Made by a program: the position numbers and the translations under genes. Below are positions 13,100 to 26,595 of a stretch of 64,000 nt of DNA, piece after piece. Source of the DNA: Octopus vulgaris (Eukaryota); contig OX597834.1 of the NCBI GenBank assembly GCA_951406725.2, positions 12,214,001 through 12,278,000 on the forward strand, given 5' to 3'. Below the pieces are notes generated by a model. The model saw only the letters and a program-made list of their open reading frames with translations. It was not told where the DNA came from and did no database searches. Within the stretch, counting starts at the first letter, position 1, and the number at the start of each line of letters is the position of its first letter.

Positions 13100-13291
13100 T
13101 TGGAGATTTTTTGTAAAATTAATCGACCTCAGTACTTATTTATTTAAAGCCTGTAGAGTATTTGATTGATCTTTATTACACAACCGCTAAGTTACGGGGG
13201 AATAAACCAACAAACAAACACGAGTTGTCAAGCGGTGGTGGTCGCTGACAGACACTCACTCACACAGACATATATACACAGAGATACACGC

Positions 13292-13324
<33 letters not shown>

Positions 13325-13490
13325 CTGTGTAACTCGTGTTTGTTTGTTGGTTTTTATGTGTTTCATAGGGCGGCAATGCAGGGGCAGTAGTTTGAAGGAG
13401 TATTTGTAAAATTAATCGACTCCAGAACTTATCTATTTAAAGCCTATAGCTTATTTCATTGGTTTCTTTTAGAGAACAGCTAAGCTCTGT
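13100..13490 (-). mobile_element. Two degenerate SINE-A 3' fragments
   Basis: aatcgac..cag.acttat..atttaaagcct...gctaag occurs twice (near 13115 and 13410). Confidence 0.55.
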
Positions 13491-13540
<50 letters not shown>

Positions 13541-13547
13541 ACTTCGT

Positions 13548-13750
13548 AAACACCAGTCGTTTTTTTTTCTCCATCTCTTGTTGCCCACTTTGGGATCTTT
13601 CTTTCCTCTCTCTTCCTTCTTTATGTTTCCGACGAAGAGCTCCGCTCGAAACGTCATACCTCCTTGCTTCCATCTTTCCTGAGCGCCTATTAATAATAAT
13701 ACTGTAATTGTTCCACGTGTTGTTGTTTTTTCTGTTTTCCCGTTTGGATT

Positions 13751-13758
<8 letters not shown>
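13548..13758 (+). mobile_element. Penelope-type short element with a minimal hammerhead motif
   Basis: gtttCCGACGA-A-GAGCtccGCTC-GAAACGTC at 13625-13659. Near-identical to 17968-18168 and ends in (TA)n. Confidence 0.75.
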
Positions 13759-13849
<91 letters not shown>

Positions 13850-14597
13850 AAGAAAGAGATACAAAGATAGAAAGGCAGACAGACACTCACACACACAGAT
13901 AGAAAGAGACTGACAGACAGACAGACACATATATAAATACGAATACAAGGAATAAATACGAGCCATTGTTACCAGCGAAAACACAAGAGACAATTCTGAG
14001 ATCATTTTATTGCTTTTATTACATTAGCGTTTCGGAGCCAAAGGAACAAACAAACCTACAGAGGAACGACAGTAAAAAATAATAAATATATAACATAAAC
14101 AAGACCAGCACCACCAAAAAGAAACTATTTATTATAAATCTACTAATTTCTATATTATAACAATAATACTCTTTACTCACTCACCCCATAACCGGTCACA
14201 AGTTTATATTGTCAATATGATAAACGAGGCCACGATTATTCATCATTCTCATCTTGATTGTTACCAATATTGTCTTCGAATGATATATGAGAATAATTCC
14301 TATTTTGTTGTTCCTATGTTCTTTTGTTTTTTTTTTCCTGTTATATTGTTATTATTTTTTTTTATTCGTGTTCGCTTAAGGTTTTTTGGTTCTTTGTCAA
14401 TTTTGCTTTTTGTTTTCGTCTTTTGTTTTTTTTTTTTTGTCTTTTGGTTTTGTCTTTTGTTTTTGTCTTTTGGTTTCCTTCATTGTCATGTTCCGTTATT
14501 TTCCCGACAAATCCTAACACTTTCCTGTGATCTGGAGATTTGTTTATGTATATTGTATATATGTATGAGATAAGTATGATTCTGTGTGTATACACAC

Positions 14598-14654
<57 letters not shown>

Positions 14655-14899
14655 CATGCATATATATATATGTGTATATATATATAGTTATATTCATATA
14701 AATACATATGTGTGTATGTATGTATGTATATATATAGTTATATTCATATATATACATACATATATATATATATTTATATGGGTAAATATATATGTGCCTA
14801 TTTATGTTGGTGTATAATGCATGAATACATACCTATAGGTATATATATGTATATCAATCTCTCTTTCCCCTCTCCCTACACACACACAAATGCAGACTC

Positions 14900-15260
14900 A
14901 TACAGATATATATATATACATATATATACAAACATATATATATATATATACACACATACATACAGATATATATATACATACATACATATACATACAGATA
15001 TATATATACATACATACATACAGATATATACATACATACATACATACATACAGATATATACATACATACATATACATACAGATATATACATACATACATA
15101 TACATACAGATATATACATACATACATATACATACAGATATATACATACATACATACATACATACAGATATATACATACATACATATACATACAGATATA
15201 TACATACATACATACATACAGATATATATATATACATACATACATACAGATATATATATA

Positions 15261-15296
<36 letters not shown>

Positions 15297-15485
15297 TACA
15301 TACATACATACATATATATATATATACATATATACATACATACAGATATATATATATACACACACACATATATATATATATATACATACATATATACACA
15401 TACATACAGATATACAAATACATACAGATATATATATATATGTATATATACATATGTACATACATACATACAGATATATATATAT
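14900..15485. repeat. Compound (TACA)n/ACAGAT microsatellite array
   Basis: Direct inspection. Confidence 0.95.
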
Positions 15486-15850
15486 GACATCGGAAACCTC
15501 ATCAAAGACCTTTTGGAGGTTTTCTGTGAAGGTAATGTCTTTAATAAATTGTGCAAATTATCGAGAGTTTCTCATTCCAATAAAGAATTATTATGTTTTA
15601 TCACTTTGGAAGAAATAAGGTTATAAAACTTTGTTAGTTGTATAAAATTCGATTGTGTATTATTCAGGATAAGTAAATAATACGTTATATGTGTGTTCAA
15701 AGTATTATTTCTGACTTTCATGTTTTGTGTGGGTAGTTCGTGTCTAGATTGTTATTGTATAATCTCGCACGTTGCTTAACAATTTTTGCGTTCTGTTCGT
15801 ATTTCAATACAGAGTCACACACACATTCACACACAAACAAATATATATTG

Positions 15851-15879
<29 letters not shown>

Positions 15880-15883
<4 letters not shown>

Positions 15884-15920
15884 TTACATATTAACGTGTG
15901 TATATATATATAATAATATT

Positions 15921-15957
<37 letters not shown>

Positions 15958-15990
15958 ATATATATATATATATATATATATAATAATATT

Positions 15991-16023
<33 letters not shown>

Positions 16024-16606
16024 CACATATTAATGTGTGTCATATATATAATAATATTTGCATATATATATATATATATATATACATAATGTGTGTATAT
16101 ATATAATAATATTTGCATATATATATATATATATATATACATATATATAATATTAATGTGTGTATATATATATTATTTGCATATATATATACATATATAT
16201 ACATATTAATGTGTGTATATATATAATAATATTTGCATATATATATATACATATTAATGTGTGTATATATATAATAATATTTGCATATATATATATACAT
16301 ATTAATGTGTGTATATATATATAATAATATTTGCATATATATATACATATTAATGTGTGTATATATATATAATAATATTTGCATATATATATACATATTA
16401 ATGTGTGTATATATATATAATATTTGCATATATATATACATATTAATGTGTGTATATATATATAATAATATTTGCATATATATATATATATACATAATGT
16501 GTGTATATATATAATAATATTTGCATATATATATATATATATATATATATTAATGTGTGTATGTATATAATAATATTTGCATATATATATATATATATAT
16601 ATATAT
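15880..16606. repeat. ~40-45 bp minisatellite built from microsatellite pieces
   Basis: The unit catattaatgtgtg(ta)n-ataatatttgc(at)n is repeated more than 12 times. Confidence 0.92.
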
Positions 16607-16607
16607 A

Positions 16608-17035
16608 CGAGATCTAATTATCAAGTATCCGGATTGTTGCCATTGTAACGAAACTAAAGCATGCAGAGTGAAGCAACATGGTACAGATTGAACTTGATCT
16701 CTACTGTGCATGCGCACTGAGTTTTGACATTCTAGCTCACTGCCGTTATTTACACTATTCCTTGTAATGGAGGTGTGTAGCGCGTGATCGTAGATTTGCG
16801 CTTGACAGAGAAAGTTGCCATGGCGATACATTCTCAGGAGCCTACACAAATTTGCAGAACGTGTATGGAGAGGAGTATAGGAGCCTCCCACAAGTGTCGA
16901 GTTCTTCAGACTTTTCCAAGATGACCGAAAAATGTCGATATTGATGAACGTTTTTGGAGACCCACAACTAGCGGGACTGAGAAAAACATCGCAGATGCGC
17001 GTTCAGCTGTGAGAGGAAATCCTCAAATAAAAAAA
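16608..17035 (+). mobile_element. Tc1/mariner relic (5' TIR plus degenerate transposase N-terminus)
   Basis: TA|cgagatctaattatcaagtatccgga is TIR-like. The frameshifted translation AYTNLQNVYGEEYRSLPQV..EFFRLFQDDR..VDIDERFWRPTTSGTEKNIADARSAV resembles the mariner HTH region. Confidence 0.75.
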
Positions 17036-17108
17036 GGTTTCTCTCCCTTCGTCATCCATTGTACGTTTTATATTTACAGAATCTAGTTGACTCCATACAG
17101 AAATGCGT

Positions 17109-17287
17109 AGGAGTAGGAGTGGCTGTGTGGTAAGTAGCTTGCATACCAATCACATGGTCCCGGGTTCAGTCCCACGGCGTGGCACCTTGGTCAAGTGTCT
17201 TCTACTATAGCCTCGGGCCGACCAAAGCCTTGTGAGTGGATTTGGTAGACAGAAACTGAAAGAAGCCCGTCGTATATATGTGTATAC

Positions 17288-17345
<58 letters not shown>

Positions 17346-17557
17346 TTTTGTGTCTGCGTTTGTCCTCCCAGCATCGCTTGACTACCGATGCTGGTGTGTT
17401 TACGTCCCCGTACCTTAGCGGTTCGGCAAAAGAGACCGATATAATAAGTACTAGGCTTCTAAAGAATAAGTCCTGGGGTCGATTTGCTCGACTAAAAGGC
17501 GGTGCTCTAGCATGGCCATAGTCAAATGACAAACAATTAAAAGAGAGAGTAAAAGAG
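17109..17557 (+). mobile_element. SINE family A, full length
   Basis: Same head, CORE-like segment and tail as 11070-11459. Confidence 0.92.
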
Positions 17558-17649
17558 GAAATAGTTGCTACAACTAAGTGTATACACAGAGCATAAAAGA
17601 TGCGAGAAACCCTGCAGATTTCTGCCTCAAATGCTCTAAAAACATCTGC

Positions 17650-17925
17650 CCAAAGCCTTGTGAGTGGATTTGGTAGACGGAAACTGAGAGTAGCCCTTCA
17701 TATACATATATATCTATGTGCGTGTGTAGTTGTGTGATTGTGTTAGTCCACCCATCATCGCTTAAGAACCGGTGTTGGTGTGGTGAAGTCTCTGTAACAG
17801 AGCGTCTCGGCAAGGGGAACCAATCGCGTAGGTAGTAGGCTTACAAAGAATAAGTCCTGGGGGCGATTTCTTCGACTAAAGACGGTCATCGACCATGGCT
17901 GCCGGCATATGACAGAAAAAATTTA
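17650..17925 (+). mobile_element. SINE family A, 5'-truncated older copy
   Basis: ccaaagccttgtgagtggatttggtagacggaaactga...aagaataagtcctgggg. Confidence 0.8.
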
Positions 17926-17967
17926 AAGAATTCACATATATACATACATATATATATGTGCTACTGC

Positions 17968-18167
17968 TAACACCAGCCGTTTTTTTCTCTATCTCCGTTG
18001 CCCGCTCCGGGATCTTTCTTTCCTCTCTCTTCCTTCTTTATGTTTCCGACGAAGAGCTCCGCTCGAAACGTCATACCTCCCTGCTTCCATTTCCTGAGCG
18101 CCTATTAATAATAATACTGTAATTGTTCCCTTGTTGTTGTTTTTTTGTTTCCCGTTTGGATTAAAAT

Positions 18168-18168
<1 letters not shown>
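17968..18168 (+). mobile_element. Penelope-type short element with a minimal hammerhead motif
   Basis: Copy of 13548-13758, with the motif at 18042-18076. Ends in (TA)n. Confidence 0.75.
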
Positions 18169-18217
<49 letters not shown>

Positions 18218-18340
18218 TGTATGCATACACACACACACACACACATACATATATATGTATGCATACACACACACATATACATATATATATATGCATACAC
18301 ACACACACATATACATATATATATTTATATATGTATGTAT

Positions 18341-18376
<36 letters not shown>

Positions 18377-18478
18377 TACTTAGGAGTTTTTAAATATGCT
18401 AAGCCACTGATTGTAATTGATTAATATCAATTTCTACCATCATTATTTAATATATATATATATCAGTATGCATACATG

Positions 18479-18515
<37 letters not shown>

Positions 18516-19509
18516 GTTTATACATACACGTATGCATAAATAAACGTAACGAAATGGGGTTAAAGCGTAGCGTGATAAAAGCCACTCAGAAGTTATTGAA
18601 TTAACACGGAACCAGAACTAAGCGAATAAATGAAACTGATGAAAATTAATATAAGAAGACAATAGCCTTAACGTTACATTACGCCACCTTTTATTCTAAC
18701 AATATGAAATTTATGTTATACTGAGATTGCTGTTAAAAGACAATCGTCGTAACTATAATATCCTGGGAAAGTAGTAGACTTCTACAATAAACGACGCGGC
18801 TCTATAATGTAGTGTTAACCTGCAAACGGTCATTCGCTTCTTTCTCAATGAATTCTGAATAAGATGGAAATTATATTGGTTGGCAGTGAGTATTTGTCGA
18901 GGCTGAGGTTTTAAATATAGAATATTTATTGCCGCAAAGGAATGAATATTTAGGTTTCTGGCTTCTGTAAGAAGAAATATATCTGCTATCTCCATCACTT
19001 TTTCGCTGTATTTCCCACTCTCCCGTATTATCTTTCTCTCTCTTTCTCTCTCTCTCGCTCTGTTTTTATCTATAGCCTGTTTTTATCTATAGCTTTTCTC
19101 TCCTCTCTCATATCCAACAGCTAGACGCAATACGGTGTCACATGTTCGTGAATAATTTATGGACAAAGGCAGCTGCTATGATTTTACATAACTCTTTCGG
19201 CAATGAATTGATCAAATAGATAAATAGCTCTAGCAATGGAATTTATCACAGTACTTGGCATTGTCTATAAAGAAGGAGAAGAACCAAAGTAAATTTTCCA
19301 AGAAAAAACAAAACAACAATAACAAAATGCCCACACACATACAAAGCATAGGAAACACATGTATATATACATATATCGGTACACACACGCATCCATGTAC
19401 AGGCACACATATATATCATCACACCGTTGCTTGTATATGTGAGTGTGTGTGTGTATGCGCATACGTATGTATAAATCAATGTATATGAATAGAAAAATAC
19501 ACCTACACA

Positions 19510-19549
<40 letters not shown>

Positions 19550-19815
19550 AAAGTACAAAGTGAGATAGGGGTTATGAGTGTAACCCACTATGGGATATCA
19601 TTTATCCAATTTACTGCCAGTGAAGTACCCAAAATGCTATACATGAATGCTTACAATTGCAATGCAATTAGTTCATTAATTGTATTGTATGGGCGAAGGT
19701 AAAATGTTTTACCTCAAATTCATAATACAAAATAAGAAAAATTAATTAATTAGTTAATAAATAATATGAATTGGTATTATCTGAAAGTTGATGATTGAAA
19801 GGAATCGATTTTCTT

Positions 19816-19898
<83 letters not shown>

Positions 19899-19899
<1 letters not shown>

Positions 19900-20201
19900 G
19901 GTGCAATGGCCTAGTGTTTAGGGCAGCGGACTCGCGGTCGCAGGATCGCGGTTTCGATTCCCAGACCGGGCGTTGTGAGTGTTTATTGAGCGAAAACACC
20001 TAAAAGCTCCACGAGGCTCCGGCAGGGGGTGGTGATCCCTGCTGTACTCTTTCACCACTCTTTCTCCCACTATTTCTTCTGTTGGCCTGCTCGCTTAGCC
20101 AGTGGGGTGGCGTCATTCGAAGGCTAAAACAATGCGAACGCATTGTGACCAGCGATGTGTAACAACACCTGATGGTCTGGTCGGTCACGTGATCACGTGA
20201 T
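19899..20201 (+). mobile_element. SINE family C, full length, inserted in (TA)n
   Basis: tRNA-like head (tggcctagtgtttagggcagcggactcgcggtcg...ggtttcgattccc) and a gtcacgtgat tandem tail. Confidence 0.9.
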
Positions 20202-20350
20202 ATATATATACACACATCTCAGTTAACAAGTGAGATAGAAACAGGCAGAAATAAGGAAAATGCCACTTCTATTTGAATACTATGCAAATATTCTTTTAAA
20301 GATATCTTCTTTTAATTTTTCCAAAATTTAATTGTTTTCCACTCTTATAG

Positions 20351-20557
20351 TTGAAAAAGTCTAAATGATTGAACCCGGTACTGAAATGTTTTAATAAAAT
20401 ATCACGGGAATCGGACCCAGACATTGTTGACAATAGAACATGTGCAACCTGTGGAAAGGTGTACCGTGTAACTGGAATATTCAAAAAGCATGTGAAACGA
20501 TTTCATACTGTGACACCGGTTCCTTCTACCTGCCAGCAAAACTGCATTATGTATTAA
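20351..20557 (+). pseudogene. Degenerate coding fragment with one C2H2 zinc finger
   Basis: CATCGKVYRVTGIFKKHVKRFH fits C-x2-C-x12-H-x4-H. An in-frame TGA lies at 20366. Confidence 0.5.
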
Positions 20558-20694
20558 AATATGCGACACATTGAATATATCAATCATTCATTACAATGGT
20601 TCTTTCTAGCAATGGCTTTGCTTCTCTACGAATAAGTATCCACCACGTATATATCTATCTACCTATATGTATGTATTATATATTCTCATATACA

Positions 20695-20855
20695 CAGGAG
20701 TGGCTGTGTGGTAAGTAGCTTGCTAACCAACCACAAGGTCGTGGGTTCAGTCCCACTGCGTGGCATCTTGGGCAAGTGTCTTCTGCTATAGCCCCGGGCC
20801 GACCAATGCCTTGTGAGTGGATTTGGTAGACGGAAACTGAAAGAAGCCTGTCGTA

Positions 20856-20909
<54 letters not shown>

Positions 20910-21145
20910 TATATATATGTGTCTGTGTGTGTGTATGTTTGTGTGTCTGTGTTTGTCCCCCTAGCATTGCTTGACAACTGATGCTGGTGTGTTTACGTCT
21001 CCGTCACTTAGCGGTTCGGCAAAAGAGACAGAATAAGTACTGGGCTTACAAAGAATAAGTCCCGGGGTCGATTTGCTCGACTAAAGGCGGTGCTCCAGCA
21101 TGGCCGCAGTCAAATGACTGAAACAAGTAAAAAAGAAAAAGAGTA
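20695..21145 (+). mobile_element. SINE family A, full length
   Basis: Complete head, CORE-like segment, (TA)n linker and tail. Confidence 0.92.
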
Positions 21146-21351
21146 ATGTATATATCTAACATATATATGTGTATTTGTGCCTCTGTCATATTTGGTATTA
21201 TATTATACTCTGGTATTATTCAGGCTCTCTACAAGAAGCTTAATGAATCTTACAACAGAAATCATTGTATGCAAATGAGAGTTCATTAGATAATTATTTA
21301 TTCCCACCTCATCCTATGTTCTTTTTCTTATATAATATACATATATATGTG

Positions 21352-21387
<36 letters not shown>

Positions 21388-21467
21388 GTTTGTGTGTGTG
21401 TGTGTTTGGGCGCGCATGTAGAAAATTTGTCTTGCCAAATTTTCTGAGGAAAATGATATATTTTCTA

Positions 21468-21680
21468 CTCTAGGCACAAGGCCCTAAATTTTTTTTTTTG
21501 GGGGGGTTGGTATTTGATTAAGTCGACCCAAATAGGCAACTGGTACTTAATTTATCGATCTCGAAAGGGTGAAATGCAAAGTCGACCGCGGAGGAATTTG
21601 GACTCAGAACATAAAGACAGACAAAATGCTGCCAAGAATTTCGCCCGTCGTGCTAAAGTTCTTGTGAGATCGCCACCTTA
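21468..21680 (-). mobile_element. SINE family B, older subfamily
   Basis: tggtacttaatttatcgatctcgaaagggtgaaatgcaaagtcgac...tttcgcccgtcgtgcta. Confidence 0.8.
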
Positions 21681-22737
21681 GAGACATTATTATATTGCAG
21701 CAGATTATTAACAAATACAGTCTGCACACATACACTCAAACTTTGTTGGTTGTCTCTCATTCTCTTCACTGTGAAAGCAGTTTTATTTGCCTAAATTCCA
21801 CCTAAATACTTTGAGCTACATCAACCTGAAGCCTTTCTGTTGGTGTATAGTAGTAAATACTTGTCTTTTTTTCGCTTTTCACTGATTTTACTGCTGTTGC
21901 ATATCTAAGTAAACGTGTGTACTAAGGTACGCAATGTTTATTCTGTTTCTTGCTATTGTTGCCAACAAAAATACACACGGGTATGAGTGTGTGTTTTGCG
22001 CGCACGAGTGTGTATACGTATCTGCCTGCGTGCATGAGTCTTTGCGTGTGTGTGTGTGTGTGTGTGTGTGTCTTTTCGACCTCATTTTTTTTTGCTTATT
22101 ATTTTATACTTTCTCTGATATTATTTTGGCGGTGAGTTACGGTTTGGGCGCAGAAACCACTCATTGTTTATATCATATGGTTACGTGGAGTCTGCTTCCT
22201 GAATGCGTACAACTTCTTTTATCTATCGGAATGTTTGGTCTTTTGAATGCCTGGAATGAATTTTTATTTCAACATCTTGCATCGAGTCACTGTCTTCTTT
22301 ATGGCAAATTGATAGATTGCAGATGTTTATTTCTTTTCATTGCATACTCGCCCGTGCGCCTCAATCATTTCAGGTGCACAACGGGATGTTTATCCTATCA
22401 AGATAGTGGGTGTGTCTCTATATTGCTTTCTTCTGCATGCATCACATAAAATACACAACGTTTCAAATTTTGAAGTATATTCTGCGTTGGTTGCGCATAC
22501 ATTACACTAGTCAAAGAAGGATAATTACTATACATGCCTGTTTACATATTAGCAATTCAATGAATGTGTAACTATTTTTCTACTACATTAATTTTAAGAA
22601 CTTGTAATAATATCCTAAATGTGCCAACTATTACATCTGTGAGTGTAGCATAGATTAACATCGCAACCTTGAATTGAGATTATTTTGACACTACGAGCTT
22701 TTCGCGTCTGGTGTTTATCATTATTATTATTATTATT

Positions 22738-23255
22738 AAGTGAGAGAGTAGTGCATTCCATCAGAGTAACACTGGGATACAATATACGAAGCCCAGTATA
22801 CTCATCATGACTACCCGTCTAATAAGGGTACATTAGGCACTTGCATCACAATCATGTGCGCGCAACATGGTGATCTCATATCAAGATAAACAGCGCCTGT
22901 CCTTGGAGGTGGGGTTCAGTTAGAATTTTCTACTGGTCGAGTAGCCCATCATGCCCAAAAGATACCTGAATAAGGCTTGTTTAAGGGTGTTGAACGAACC
23001 ACTTATGTTTCCGAAGGTGAATTCATTCCAACACACGGCTATGATGCTCCCCCAATACTGCACATATCGTCAGCCACTAAGGGACATACTCAACTGGTTA
23101 CGGTCAAACAACTGACAAGCAAATCTGTGGTTTGGAGTAGAATATTTTCTGTAGCCCATCATTTATACCAAGACAAAACAACGTACATGATAACACTTCC
23201 AATCATTTAGGACCAGAAGCCATGAGAGACACTGTTTGGTACTGCATCAGGACAT
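22738..23255 (-). mobile_element. (AAT)n-flanked ~520-bp element, copy of 5593-6185
   Basis: Reverse complement aligns throughout, with (ATT)n on both sides. Confidence 0.8.
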
Positions 23256-23919
23256 TTATTATTATTATTATTATCATTTACTTTCAAGACTTTTCAAGAC
23301 GATGCTCGGAGAGATGAACCGTATTCTGTTAGTAGCATTACTGATGTTTCAATGTTTAGCTGGATAATTATAAAATCTTATCCGATTTCGTTGTCTGCAT
23401 AATTTCACTTTGGATAGGTTTCTGATTTTTCTCTTTTTAAGTTTCAACATAAAAAAAAAACATTTATCAATGCATTTGTTGAAACAGCAGAGCATTATAA
23501 GTATGAGAGCTGAAGGCCACAACAAAGGGAAGAATGGTGAAGAAATTTACACTAGCGTCAACGGTTCAAACGTTCATTTAATAGATGTAACAACAGATAT
23601 ATCAGGTTTTTTTTTTTTTTCAAAGAATCATTTGTAAAAATACGCCTATTTAAAAAAAAAAAGAACTTGCTGTTTTGAAAATGCTTTGCAGATTATCGTG
23701 ACAAAGAGAACCAGTTTAGTGTGTTTATAGGCCTTATACATACGCACACGCAAGCAAACACACACACACACACGCACACACACACAAAGACAAACAGACA
23801 CACGCATACACTCATAAGCACACATATATGAAAAGCTTCTATGTAGCAGCATATATATTTGTGCAAATATTTATATGCATATAAATGTGCGTGGGTGCGT
23901 GATATACATACATGCATAC

Positions 23920-23921
23920 AT

Positions 23922-23952
<31 letters not shown>

Positions 23953-24093
23953 GTGTATATGTAAGTGTGTGCATATATATATATACGTGTGTGTGTGTGC
24001 GTATATATATATATATATATAAATGTGTATATGTAAGTGTGTGCATATATATATGTGTGTGTGTGTGTGTATATATATATGTGTGTGTATATA

Positions 24094-24126
<33 letters not shown>

Positions 24127-24585
24127 GTGTGTGTGTATATATATATATATGTGTATATATATATATGTGTGTGTGTGTGTGTATATATATATGTGTGTGT
24201 ATATATATGTGTGTGTATATATATATGTATGTGTGTATATATATATATATGTGTGTATATATATATATATGTGTATATATATATATATGTGTGTGTGTGT
24301 ATATATATATATATGCGTGTGTGTATATATGTGTGTGTATATATATATGTGTGTGTATATATATGTGTGTGTATATATATGTGTGTGTGTATATATATAT
24401 ATATGTGTGTGTGTGTATATATATATGTATGTGTGTATATATATATATGTGTGTGTGTGCGTATATATATATATGTGTGCGTATATATATAAATATATGT
24501 ATGTGTGTATATATAAATATTTGTGTGTATATATATTTATATGTGTGTGTGTGTCTATATATATGTGTGTATATATATATATACT
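23920..24585. repeat. Compound (TA)n(TG)m microsatellite
   Basis: Direct inspection. Confidence 0.95.
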
Positions 24586-24974
24586 GTTGTGCTGTACTCC
24601 TTTCTCTTAATTTATGCATTTAACAACTACATCAAATTCAACATTGACCTCCATAACATCGTGTTCCATAAATCTAGCGAGGTTTTTTCCTTCATAAAAT
24701 ACCACCAGTGATATCACATGGATTAATCTAGATTAGGTTGCTGATTTCTAAAGGCAAATGTAGGATACATTTCTAAGATATGTTACGATTATCTTGACAT
24801 TCCATCGATTTCACTGACGAACAAGAACGGTGCCAGAGAAATTCTTGTTCCATTAGATTTATCTTTCTTCCTCCCTGTATAAATGCATACTGATAGGTGT
24901 GCATTTTTTTGTGTATATACTTGTGTGCAACCAATATATATATATATATACATATGTATGTGTGTATATATATT

Positions 24975-25032
<58 letters not shown>

Positions 25033-25050
25033 CACATTTACTGTACATAC

Positions 25051-25214
25051 AGGCACGGCTGTGTAGCAAAAGTAGCTTGCTTACCAACCAATTGGTTCCG
25101 GGTTCAGTTCCACTGCGTGTCGTGTCAACTTGAGCAAGTGTATTCTACTATAGACTCAGGTTGACCAAAGACTTGTGAATGGATTTGGTAGACGAAAACT
25201 GAAGGAAGGCTGTC

Positions 25215-25288
<74 letters not shown>

Positions 25289-25570
25289 TGTGTGTGTGTG
25301 TGTGTGTGTGTGTGCGTGCGTGTATGCATACATGTGTGTATGTATGTGCGTGTATAATTTTTGTGTCTTTGTTTCTCCTCCCACCATCGCTTGACAACCA
25401 ATGTTTGTGTTTTTACAACCCCATAACTTAGCGGTTCGGCGTAAGAGACCGATAGGATAAGTACGAGGCTTACATGGGGACGATTAAATCAAGGAGTCAA
25501 TTTGTTCGACCAAAGTCGGTGGTCCAGTATGGCCACAGCTCGTGAGCTGAATCTAGATAAAATAAAAAAT
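25051..25570 (+). mobile_element. SINE family A whose tail is the CR1-LINE version
   Basis: SINE-A body ending ccagtatggccacagctcgtgagctgaatctagataaaa instead of ...gccgcagtcaaatgactgaaac. Confidence 0.8.
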
Positions 25571-26071
25571 ATAATGATATGTAAATTAAATAAAACCCTA
25601 TAGTCTTGGAAAAAGATATATCTAGTGAATGTTAAATGTAAGAAGAAAATTAATGTTTGAATTATATGTAATGATAGATATCACTTTTATGAAATAAAGG
25701 TGTACAACTTCAAAACAAATGTACTGCGGGTGGTATGCATCAACTAGAGAGAGAGAGAGAGCTAGAGTTTTAGTAAAATGTTCCATCGCTCCGTCCACCT
25801 AAATTCATGTTGCATATATTAATTCATCAATCAATCATATTCATATATAATATGCACCCGCAGTACATTTGTTTTGAATTTGTACACCTTTAGTTCATAT
25901 AAGTGATATCTATCATTATATATAATTCAAACTTTAATTTTCTTTCTTACATTTAACATTCACTGGATATATCTTTTTCCAAGACTATAGGGTTTTATTT
26001 AACTTACATATCATTATATTTTTTATTTTATCTAGTTTCAGCTCACGAGCTGTGGCCATGCTGGGGCACCG
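25518..26071. repeat. Inverted duplication with ~215-bp arms (25518-25732 and 25855-26071)
   Basis: The arms are reverse complements with scattered mismatches around a ~120-nt spacer. Confidence 0.9.
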
Positions 26072-26255
26072 CCATTTGGTGTTGCCACATGATTTTACTT
26101 CACGAATGCTTTTTAGCAATTGTCATTTGATGCATGGGAGAGTTCGATGCAGCTGCCCTCATCTGCACTTCCTGCCGTGAAGTTGGTTCATCTGGGACAC
26201 TTGACAGGAAGAGATCCAGTTTTATTTTAAAGACATCTGCGTCCACCCCATGCTT
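26026..26255 (-). mobile_element. CR1-type LINE 3' end, same family as 9562-10090
   Basis: Translates HGVDADVFKIKLDLFLSSVPDEPTSRQEVQMRAAASNSPMHQM and carries the same tail. Confidence 0.88.
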
Positions 26256-26539
26256 CTTATTAGTTTTTTCTTTCCTTTAACCCATCCTCTTTCTATAGGC
26301 TATCTTTGACGTTATATCCTCTAACGTTTTGTTTTTAAACCAACTTAATAGCGTTCAGTTAATCACTGTACATATCCATCAAATTCTGTGAAAATGCCTT
26401 ATTGACGAGCTTCATTTCTTCCTTTCTCTGAAGAGAAGATTGCATTGTTTTAAACCATGTTGTTCCTTTGGAATAATACCAGTGATATCTTCGAAACATG
26501 TGTCGGAAGTAAAAGAATTTGAATAACACCTGCGTTTAA

Positions 26540-26595
<56 letters not shown>

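Noticed and set aside
14584-16514. Long ORFs rich in Y/I/H/T/C/V (also near 2.0-2.4, 18, 23.9-24.7, 27.5, 33.7, 45.4, 50.5 and 56.2-57 kb)
   Set aside because: These are translations of (TA)n/(TG)n/(CATA)n microsatellites, which lack stop codons and are open in several frames on both strands.
15880-16606. CRISPR-like repeat-spacer pattern
   Set aside because: Eukaryotic context, the spacers are only TA runs, and there are no cas genes.
19899-19972. tRNA gene
   Set aside because: It is the head of a SINE. It continues into a repeated body and lacks a proper acceptor stem and terminator.
21934-22449. 171-aa hydrophobic ORF
   Set aside because: Partly derived from (TG)n, with no family similarity that I can recognise.
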